Positions 28,501 to 40,500 of a stretch of 64,000 nt of DNA are shown one piece after another. Every line of letters starts with the position of its first letter. Positions within the stretch are counted from its first letter, which is position 1. Both the position numbers and the translations under genes were made by a program. The stretch is from Oopsacas minuta (taxonomy: Eukaryota > Animalia > Porifera), in NCBI GenBank assembly GCA_024704765.1, contig JAKMXF010000315.1:280396-344395 (forward strand), read 5' to 3'. The notes under the pieces are model-generated. The model worked only from the letters and a program-made list of their open reading frames with translations, did not search any database and was not told where the DNA came from.

Positions 28501-31500
28501 CTTCCGAGCTGTCCCGATTAAGCGGCTTCCACTGTATACTCTCCTTTCATTTCTTCAGAGAATTTCTTGAGCATACGAATAATCTCCCCATTCCCACCAG
28601 CTTTGATGCAATTGACAATTTTTATCACATCTTTCAGCACAATATCTAGATACTTTTGGTTGCAGATCCTACATTTCCTGTAGCAAATCGTTTCACTGCA
28701 AGTATCTCACGAGGAATAGTGCAGTGCTTTGAAACACAGTGAAGAGCGCCCGCTCGTACTCTTGTAATTACTCTAGATATCTTTCCCGTCAGTGCTGCTG
28801 TGCAATCTGCCGTAATCGCTGAGCATTTCTCCCATAGAATTCGTTTTCTCTTAATGTATCCATCTAACTTCACGAAAATGGCCCTCGCCTGTTGTACATA
28901 CACCAACATCCAACCAACAAAGGTATTCTTTTATGATATTTTCTGCCTCCATATCAGGGTAATGAACGTATGCTAATACCTGTACTCGACTACTCACATT
29001 GGTTGATTCATCAATCTTAAGGCCAACCAGCAGGTAACTCGAAGTTTTTGGAACAGTTGATCTTTAATGTCGAGATTTATATCATTCGCTCGCAACACCG
29101 TGTCATTGTAGAAAGGAGTTCTTTCGCTCTTTTGACTACTTTTTCACCACGAAGTTCTTCAGCTGCAATAATAAGACTTGGTTTGATGACATCTTCACCC
29201 TTAGTAAATGGTCTCTTTTGCTTACACAAGACTTCAGCAATTCGATAGGATACTCTCAATAGCCCAGTATCCCAATTAATACCCTTCATAGTCTGGTTAT
29301 AGGTGCATTTCTGTTTACATGTGAGTTGTCGCATCCTTTCGAAGAACTCTTTTGTTTTAGTTTGGTATTCTCTGTGGTTTGCAAGATGTTGTTTCAGTTT
29401 TGCAGATGCAAGGAACGAATTGATCAGTCACGCTCCACAAATAAGGCATTCTTCCTCAGGTTCAATAGACATCATCTGATCATTTGGAAGGTAGAATCCG
29501 AAAGCAACATAGTCATCATTTCATTTTCTGGACTTTCTTACCTTGCTAAGTCTATTTTGTTTAACAACTCTTCGTTTCGCTTTGGCTGTTCCTCAAAAAC
29601 TCTATCTGTTTTTCCGTGTACTGAAAAACTTCCTACTCCAGAGACTCTGAGAACTATTCAATGAATCTTGGGACAGATTTTATGGCATAAAACCGGACAA
29701 ATATGACTGTTTCATTCAAATTAACCTTACTAGTATGATTTGGTTGAAAATTTTCTAAGTGAATACATATATTTATCAATATGCGACCGAGCATAAAGGA
29801 ATGTTATACCAATAGATTGAGTATCTAATTCTTGGAAATGATAACTTGTAAGACCATATAAAACAAAAACTCTGATGTTTTAAGGAGCACATTGAATCAA
29901 TGAGTGAAATTTCTGTTTTCTAGTCTCCCATGATAATAGTATAGCTATTAGCATATTATTAATAATTAATGTTGTTGCAAAGCTAAAACATATGAGAAAT
30001 AAGAAAACATAGCTATTTACTCATGCTTACGATCTATTCTAAGATGTCATATTTTCTTAGAATTAAATTATCAAACTTAATTAGATTAGATTATCATCTG
30101 GGCCGCGGAACCATATTGGAACCCCAATATTTCGCGGAACCCTAAATTCATTCTAGTGGAACCCTGGTTTAGGCTACAAACAAGTTTATTTTGCAGAACG
30201 CTACTTACTTAAGTGAGCCAGGTGGATCATAAAATTCTCCGATTGTATTGGCTTCAGAGATACAACAAATATTATATTCCATGTGAAAAATGATATCCCA
30301 TGTGAGATATACAATTTACATTGTAACAGACCTAAGACAGCACACGTTTGAAATTGCCAGTTAGTAAACCATAGGAATCTCAGTACAAAATACCTTCATC
30401 AAGTACTAATTGTATAGGTCATAGATAGTGAAGATAATAATGGGAAAGTCAAAACCTGTGTTCAAAGTCGTAAAGATGTTGCTATGAGGAAGCTCGGTAA
30501 AGTACGTAAAATAGTTAATCGATATTTTAGTAGCCAATGATATATTCAATATTTTTCACATTTGGGAATAAATGAAAGAATTCGCGAAGTCTAGCTCAAA
30601 TATTTAGGAATTTCAGTATTCTAGACAATTTTGACATGGGATACAGATTCAGCCTACTCGATTACATCAGTATAGTCGTTGAAAGTATGATTCCACCCAA
30701 ATTTGAAATTTGTGTACTGTATGTACCTAAAAGTATGCGTATGTTCACAAATTGTTCACAATATCATATTTGATTCAGCATACTCTAATACAACAATATA
30801 CCCATTGAAAGCATCTTTCTACAACAATTTTTAGATTTGTTTACTTGATTTTCATAAAACATCAATAAATTTGCATATGAGAAGCTTGAAAATTCGAAAT
30901 TCGGATTCAGCGTACTTAGTTACCCCTGTGTAATCGTTTAGATCAAGCCTGTATGATATATTGAGATTTGGATAAATTGTTTACTATATATTTATACAAA
31001 CGACGATACGTATATATATGATTGATCCAAAAGTGTAAAAATAAGATTCTGCATTTTCGATATATTTGGTGGACTTTATTGAATTCTATTTACTTCATTT
31101 GATTAATACTATAAATTCATAGTTATTCGACAATTTCAAATTGCAACAGTAAATCCTTTTCTTGATAATGAATAATGAAACAAACAAACAAACAACATAT
31201 GAAATTCGATATTATAGATTGTGCTCGCAGTATATAAGATGTGGCCATTTTGATTTGAGAATTGTATTCAAAGCACAATAATTTCCTCTTGAAGTTTCTT
31301 TAAACTCAATTTGATATTATTGGCAAGTTTGAAATTTTCATCCAGTGCCACAATGTGCAACTTTTCGATTTCTCACCACTGTGTATTATGAGAACAAGTC
31401 GAAGTGTCAAGGATTGTTTGTTATTAACCATATCAGTGGATATTAGTTTTTGGAAGGTTCTGTGATACATATTTCTGATGAATCTAGAAGAAATCTGAAA

Positions 31501-34500
31501 TCAAGATGGCAAAACTCATGTGCATAATTTGCTTTTATACTGCTTGGTATATCATTTATAAATTAGAACTATTATAATGGATATTTTTGGTGTAGGATTA
31601 CTTTTGCTAGGGATTTCACATATCTTTCCTTCTTATCCCAATAATGCGTTTGTTTATTTGTCACCACAATTATCTCTTTAGGGATTTTATTATCCATAGT
31701 TCAGTGCAGGCGTGTATTAGCCTGGCGATACACCTTGAAGTTCCAGGTTGGCACCTGGGGGTTTTAATTGAATTGTTCTTACATAGTGAATCATTGTCTC
31801 ATTTACGCATATAATACATTATCATGTTAGATTCTTGCAACACTACTGTTTTGATTATTTCCCATTGAGTCCTACACTTGTTCACCATACCTGCCATACT
31901 TAGCCAATCATATCCTAGGACTGAGTCCTGGAATTTCCTCCTTATTGGAGAATTCTCCAGGCTTTTGCTCTAGAATCTTGAAATCTTAGAGGCTACGCTA
32001 AGCTCACTTGCCATATTGTATTATGGAGAACTATATTTATTAAAAGATGAAATTGTAAAATATTCTGTCCCAGTTATACCTTGAGCTAGTACCGGATTTA
32101 GGAGTGTTCGGAGTGTGCGGCTGAACAGAGCCTCACAGCTTAACGCCATTAAATTTATACGCACTGTAATTCTACTTTAATCACTATAAATCTTATACTA
32201 TAAAGCAAGTCCTGCCATGCTGCCATTGGGCGAAATAGGCCTTGGGCTAGAACGGTACTACTTATAGGATTGAATTTGACATATGCCAAATTTGAATACA
32301 ATATACACAAGCATTCTAAATTCAGGAATGGGGACAGGTGGGCGAATCGTGACGGCTTTGAATTGGTTTCAGAGGTCCCGGGAATTGCCCTCGAACAGGA
32401 CCAACACATACCTAAATCCGGCACTGGCCTGGGCACATATATAAGTAATGATAATTCCATGTATCATTTGATCACTTCAATGATAATATAGCTTATGATG
32501 AATACTCATTATGAACCTGGAAAAGTGGTTATATTAGACAAGAATGACTGAAAGATTAACAAGTATGATCAATTTTCAGTCTACCATTGCAGACATTCAT
32601 TAATTACCTAGAACAATTAGATAACGAAACTATAAAATCATACTTTTGTCAGTAACTTTTTTGATGTCATACAGACAGTAAGTAATACTGTTCTCCCCAA
32701 CCTAACTAATCTAAGCTAAATATATAAAAAATGTACCTTGATCTTGTGCGTTGGGAGCACCTTAGGGGCTCTAAGTTAAATGCTATAATATTTTCCATAC
32801 AATCACATCTATCTTATTCGTTATATATTATTACTCTCTAATTTCGTTTAGATACCCTTTGTCTGTTAAACTTGGTACTATTACTCCTAATGGGGCAGAT
32901 GTGTTCTCATATGATGAAGATGAGATGGTCATCGACTCTAATCTATCTACTCATCTTGCACATTTTGGTATAAATATTTCTTCTATGCATAAAACTGACA
33001 AGACTATGAATGAACTTCAGGTGTGTAAATGACTATTTTAGTAATTTGACTATAGTAGAACTCGGATAAGACGTACCCCCTCGGGAAACAGAAATTAGTA
33101 CTTCTTTACCGAGTGTACGTCTTATCCGAATATGTTTGCATTACAAATAATGATGGCTGATATTTTGGGATATAAGAAATAGTACGTCTTAACCGAGTGT
33201 ACGTCTTAAGCCGAGTACGTCTTATCCGAGTTCTACTGTATATCGCTTTTGTAAGTTATATACCCGCAGTCAGCCTTGAATAATTTGATTTTCATTTACT
33301 ATGAGTGAGACCTCTCAGGGCAGATATAGAGATGCAAGCTAAAATATATAATGGTGAAGTGTGAACATATGCGCTTCGTTTGTCGCTACTTATCCATAAC
33401 ATAAGTATCGGATAATTCTTTAAATCTCTTTTTAAATTTTTAGGGGTATTATACCTGAATTCACTTTATCAGACTTAGTGTATGGGAGTGTTGCTATGTG
33501 AAATATTTTGATATTGATATATTCTTTTAATTGTGACATCCCTTAGGCATAGCATTCTAATACACTGAAGCAATGCCACTCTATAAATTTATTGAACCAT
33601 GGATTCAGTATTATCCTCAAAATTATCTTCATGATATAAAATGTTTTTCTTATCAATCAGTTGTTATTGATCTCAATGCTCTCAGATTCGCAAAACATTA
33701 TTATAATTTGCTTAATTTTCATTAATATTTCTTCCAGCATGTTCTTGATTACGCTATTTCTCAATTATGTCCAACAACATTATTCACCAGGTAGCCGAAA
33801 TTACTTTCCGAATTTGATATATCTGGTTCATAATACCTTTAGATTATCTTACTACATGCTAGCCTAATATAGTTATTATAGAGCGATACTTGTATTCCCA
33901 ACTTATGAATAAAAGATCTTTTTGAACAATATCGCTAGACGAATTATGTATTTTTCAAAAGTTAAAATCAGAAGTCTAAATGGTCAATGTTAAAATTCAA
34001 GGATTCCATAATTGAGAAGTAAGTAACTCTTTCATTCAATTGATTGAATGATACACGTTGAATAATTCCCGACAGATTCAAGTGCCTTATTCACTAGGAT
34101 AGTAGCCTCTTCTCGAGAAATCTCCACCTGAGGGGGCATATAACTACTTGTTATCTGCACTGATTGCCCCCTTTGAACAGGTTTGCGGCCGATTGCTTTC
34201 ATTTGATTACGATTACAATTACAGTATTACCTAGGAATCCATTTATAATAGTAATTAAATGATTCTTAATACGATTACTATTCTAAATGGAGTAAAATGG
34301 ATTACGATGGACTATGACTATGATTATAATCAGTCCTAACCCTGCCCCTGAATAGGCTTTAATCTATATTACTTAGGAGTTAGGATTATTACTTCTAGTA
34401 GGAGTATATGGCTGCATATATACATTAGAATAATATCTCTCCCTGGCACTGTGGATGTCCAATGATTACTAATCGCTCGGGAAACTATCCGAGTAAATAC

Positions 34501-37500
34501 CCCATTTCCTATTCGTTTCCTTCCTTTTATTCCTTAAGATTGCATACCTTTTGAGAACAATTGCCCTTGTCAGGCTTTTATTGTGGTATTTCACATTTTA
34601 CAAATATACTTTACAGCAAGATTTAATTTGCAAAGTCTCAAATTTGTATGTCTTTGGACATAATTTAGTAGAAAATATAAAGATGAAGTCGCAGCTAAGT
34701 TTATCCAAAGAAAGGTAAAATGAAATTCGCCAAAAGCAGATCTTTCTCCAATAACAGGACATTTCGGATATCTTTGTTGAATTTCGCTAAAAAATTGATA
34801 AAAGTCAATTTTTTTGGACTTTTATTACAATTTTTCTCTTGATATTTGTCACTCAAAGTTCGCTGATTCATAAAATACATTTTGACAAACTGGGAAAGGG
34901 TGTATTTACCAACCTTTTGACACTAGAATACTGCTTATATCCAATTTGAATTATTTTCATCATTTCTTGTCACCTGATTAGGATTTCGCGTCGAAAATCG
35001 TTTCAAACTAATTATTTTGCTCAATTTCTCCACCACACCTTTTTCCCTCTAGATTGGAGTTTAGGTTTCTACTTTTTATAGTCCGCAGGATCTGTTCTGC
35101 AAGTATTTTCAGACTTTCTCTTTCCAAATATGTGTTCAGATCTAATATTTGCTTAGAACTTGTCCAAGTCTTCTGCTCCAAGATTGGCCAGATTGTGTAA
35201 CTCATAAGATTCTGATCGGGGCTGGAGGGTGGTCATTCTACTTTGGAAATGAAATCAATTTCCTCTCACGAAACTACTGCTCTAACTCCTATTTCCAATC
35301 TTCGAACGACCAAAGCCCTTCACTTCTTTATCCAACATTAACGTACTATAAGTTTTCTAGTTATTTTTACTCCAGATGGGTCAAAAATATGATTTGTGCT
35401 GGCATTTTCGGAGATACCGCACCATTCTATGACGAAGCCGACTCTGCGTTCTTAATACATCGAAGTTTTTCCGAGATCTCTTGGACGCTGTTTGAGATTA
35501 TGTGATCATTCTGAGGATTGGACACCTCCTCACTAGTGAATAGTTTATTACCTGAAACAATATATGATCCCAAGCATTGGACACCAAACATCAACTTCTT
35601 TGTAGCCGTCTTTCTTACATTCCCTCAGTAACATATGAACCATTTTCTTTTGAGAGACTTTAATCTTAGGTCCTTGTGAACAATATATCCAATGGATATA
35701 GAGCTTATTCCAATATAACACTAAATGTTCTTGATCAACACCGCGGATAACGACCGATTCTTTGCTTAATCTTCGCCTTTAGCTCTCCCGTCCTTACAGT
35801 GCGCCAAATCGAGCTCTATCTTTCAACTTCCGGACTGATATTATCTTTGTATTGTGCGATATATCTATTTCTATCGCATTGTCACTTTGAAGTATTTTCA
35901 TAGGCTCATTTGCAGGCCTTTGCGGCCTCAAAACCAAGTAATGTCACAATTTGTAAATTTTACCATAATTGGTATAGTAATTGATTAAATATACATCCTG
36001 TGGAAAAATTTCAATTTGGAATTCAAATACTATAATAGCGATGTGTATAATATAATGGTAAACATTGGGGGATAACCTTTGCTACACCCTGTAAATGAAG
36101 CGCCTGCAATTGATCGAAAATACAATTGTCGATGAATTATAAACCAAACAAATGAAACTGTAAAATGTATATTCAGAAACGTTTCATTGTATAAATAAGT
36201 GTACATTTCACCAATTGCTTATTCGAATACGTACCTATCTCTAACTTTATTATCATTCTTATCATGGACTACGTTTTCGGAATTTATAAACATAAAAGGG
36301 GAACAATTTTCACTACTCCAGATGGTTTTAGATACACTCAACACAAAGCCAGACCTGGGATAATCCATCTCCGATGTGTTTTACATCAGAAAGTAAAGTG
36401 TAAAGGATCTGCAAAGTTAAACTCTGAATCCAATACTATTGATCCTTTAAAACACCATAACCATCTAGTTTCTGATTATAATACTGAAGTTTTAGTTCTA
36501 AAATCTAAATGTGTTTCTGCGGCGAGATCTTCACGTGAAAGGTTATCTAAGTGTTCAAAGATGTTGTTCGTGATGATTCTTCTGCAATTGATGTGTCATA
36601 CAAAACTTTAGAGAGTGCAATGTATCGAGCAAGAAGAGAAATTGAACCACCTATTCCTAAAGGTGCTACTGAATTTTGTCAACTTATTGTATCATCTGAT
36701 TTTGGTATATACTACAAAGGTGAAGTACAAGTAGGTTGTGAAACTGGTGTGATATTTTTCTCAGATAAGATAAAGATTTCTCTCTCTGAAGTGGATCACA
36801 TTTATTTTGATGGTACATTTTAGACGGTACCATCCCAGTTCTATCAATTGTGGACTATTTTCGCCCGCTTTGGACGCAATGTACTGCCGGTTATCCATTG
36901 TCTTCTTACATCCAAGCATGAGGAAATCTATACAGTTGTTCTAGCTAGAATACACGAACTTGTTCCGAAACTAAAACCTATCCATGGAATGTCTGATTGG
37001 GAGAAGGGGGCTAGAAATGCTGTAAAGAGACAGTTCCAAGGTATTCATCTACGAGGATGTCATTTTCACTACACTCAATGTATTTGGCGGAAAATACAAA
37101 AGTTAAGTCTGTCAACTGTTAATCACAATAATGCAGATTTTTAAAAACTAGTTAGATCATTTATGACTCTTCCTTTCCTTCCTGAAGATCAGATTATATC
37201 TGTATTCAATCAACTGGAAGTAAGAGATTTGCCTCTTAGTGAAGTTCATATGAATCAATATACAATTTTTAGAAGTATTTAAGATGTCAATGGATTATTT
37301 CTATTCCTAGGAACGAATTATCTATTTTTAACTGCCACATGTCACAAATAATGGAGCAGAGAACTACCACTGTAGATTAATAAAGGACATCGTGGTCTCT
37401 CACCCGCGTGTATGGTCTTTTGTTGAAATCCTCAATAAGATGATACAGGATACAGATTTAGATATTCAGCGCCCAGCAAAAGGCATTAACATTACTCGGA

Positions 37501-40500
37501 GTCGTAAGTTGAAGGGCATCCAAAATGATTCGTTTCGTGCTCAATGCAAAGAAAAGCATGTGTCGGGAGAATATAGTCCAACTCAATATGTGGATGTAAT
37601 AGCTAGCTCTATCCACCCGGATACAAACCCAATAAACCTACTTGGAGATTGCCCAGATGAGTCATCGTCGATGAAGAGCCTGAAGATGATATTCAGGTTA
37701 ATTGTTGTGTGTGCTTACTTCAGAGAGCAACAACAGTCCTATTTCTTCCTTGTAGGCATGCACAATGTTGTGAGGAATGCAGTGCATCCTTGGAACAATG
37801 TCCAATATGCAGGTGCAATATAGAGCAAAGATTCAAAATTTTTACTTAATTTTTTCTCTCCAATATATTTTACTGTTGTTTTTCATTTTTCCTTCAATAT
37901 GTTTTTCAATTCATTAATTAAATCATTATATTCTCAATAATATTAGTCAAGGTTAGGATAAATCAATTCTAGAGTTGATCATTTGCAAACCTTAAAAATT
38001 CTATCAATTGCAAACGTTGTCAGTCGATCAATTGCCGCGCCCCCCCTGTAAATATATGAGTCACTTTATTATTTGATTTGGGAAGTACTTTCCAACAAAA
38101 CTTAGGCGAAGCTCTCTTACTTTTGAAATAGAGCCCTGCTTTGCTGGAGCCCATCTCTCTAGTATGGCAAGACCGCAGAATCGAGATTTTAACACCTGTT
38201 CATACATTTTGCCTGCAGTATTTGGTTAGCAGTTTCTTTAGTTCATTTACCTTCCTTATACACATTTCAATCCACCTTATGAAATTGATATGCCTAATAA
38301 ATGCACTGTTGTTGGGTGTCGTCTCTGCAATTCTGATGGTCCAATGAACTTCTTATTTCACTTCTTTAAGAAAGTCTCTCCAGGAAAGGTGGATTGTCTT
38401 TTAATAAAGAAAAGATTGGGGCAACAACTTCTAGTACAACTATCTATATATATATATTGATTTTTTATGGCAAGAATGTAGTTCTGGACTCTAAGAAACA
38501 GTTGCTCAACTATTCACTCTTCATTCAATTTGTTCATTATCTCTCCCCAAAAGTCAAAGAGTCATAACACATAAGCCTAGAAACCACCTGTTTAAAGAAT
38601 ATATCAACTAGACAAATTCCATCTATTGTAAACTAAATTCAAATTCGATTCTCTCTAAAACATATGTATAACCACTTCTTATGAATATATGAATTGAAGA
38701 TAGACTTCAATCTTTACCAGAGATCGATTCAGTTATTAGGCTTAGAACAGATTTATAGATATACATATCTAAGTGGTAGTTTATTAGCCGCCAATAATGA
38801 TCCTGAAATATCGTTCTGCAAAGGGTGAACCACTTATGGGTAGCACAACTGGCCCGGTGTTACAGCCATGATTATACCCCATCCTCAATCAGCTCTAGTA
38901 TGAAGTGGGCTAGCCCATAACATAACCCCAGGGCGGTATAATCTGGGCCAGCCCAGAATATACCCTGGTATATTCTAGTGGGTATATACTTTCGGGCTAC
39001 AACAGCGCGCCTTAACGATTTATATCCATGCAAATATATATGTGTAGTTACCATCTATCTAGATTTTGAATGTGGCCACTATTTTCAGTATCAAGGTTGT
39101 GACCTGGTCAAAACCTGGTCTGGAAAATTCTGCCCAGGTTTGACTTGGTCACATTGCATTACTGCCACGTCCCAGACGTCTCATTAAAAACATAAGAAAT
39201 TCTTTATTAGCTTCTTGATATTTTCAAGTTCTTGTGAGTCATCTCGTATTCCAGCAAATATCTATCCCACCATTCCCAGCGGGCGAAATTCATTTGTCGC
39301 GTCTACATACAGGGTGACAAATAAGTTCTGTCCCATTGAAAATTTATTATAACTAAGCTATGAACTAAGATATTGGCTTGAAATTATGCTATAACTTAGC
39401 AAACTAAATATAGATTCATAATATATTCAATTGTTCGATATAGCCCCCTTTCTTTTTGATGACAGCTCTTAGCCGCTTGGGGACGGACTCAACAGCGGCA
39501 CGCAACTTTTCCTGCGGGATTTTTGCCCATTCTCGGGGTAAAGACGTTTTTAGAGACTTGATACTCTTATGGGAAGTAGTGCACGCATTTGTCTCCAATA
39601 TCGACCACAACGAGAAGTCCATCGGGTTGAGATCTGGGCTGGAAGGAGGCCATTCCTCCTTGGAGATGAAGTCTGGGATATTGTTTCGTAACCACTGTTG
39701 GTTGACTTTCGCTGTGTGGGCTGGCGCACCGTCTTGCTGGAATAAAAATGGACGATTATTGAACATGGTCTTACCAAGGCCTCTCACTATTGGGTCTAAA
39801 ACGAGCTCCTGATATTTAACAGCGTTTATTTTTACGCCCGGTGGGATGAAAACCAGTGGGGTACGGCCTTTTGCGGACACCCCCGCCCAAACCATCACTG
39901 ACTGAGGATGCTGAACTCTTTGGACGCATCGATACTCTTGTGGTATGGAAGATGGAGAAGAGACAATACTCGATCGTTTTGACGATTGTACGCCTGCTCG
40001 ACCGTGAATAATTTCTCATCCGAGAATAAAATTTCATCAAGGCCAAAACTTACGAGCCGGGCGAGTAAGGCCTTGCTCCTGGCTAGTCTCTTTTCTTTAA
40101 TCTGTGGCGAAATAAAATGAACCTTCCTCTTTTTGTAAGGAAATAGGCCCATATCGCTCTTCACAATTGTTCGGACCGATTCTCTTGATATTTTGAGTTC
40201 TAGCGCCATTTTTCGCATCGAACGTTGCGGATTTCGCTGAATCCGACTACGGATAACCTTTCTCTTCTGGGTAGTGGTCGCAGATGTTGGACGTCCACTT
40301 CTCTGCCTGTCTGAGGTACTACCAGTGTCCTTATATCTTTTAATAGTACGATATATCAATTTCCTGCGCGACATGGGGAAATTGAGAATCTTCAATATTT
40401 CGCTTTGGCTTTTCCCTTGCAAATATAATTTAACAATAGCCACCCTATTCTTCTCCATTTTGCCTAGAATCTTTTAGCTTGTTCAGAATGTACAGATTAC

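Larger units (their letters stand above)
25511..30166 (-). mobile_element. hAT (Buster/Charlie-type) transposon, near full length, with two nested insertions
   Basis: Left TIR CAGTGCTTCTCAACC with GGAACC subterminal repeats at both ends. TSD GTTTAGGT/GTTTAGGC (7/8). Transposase fragments [33 protein letters not shown] and a reconstructed C-terminus KKQQQISH*. Confidence 0.85.

Noticed and set aside
31300-32490. Possible LTR retroelement fragment (VLGYDWL, protease-like)
   Set aside because: One short motif only. No RT, integrase, PBS or LTR was identified.
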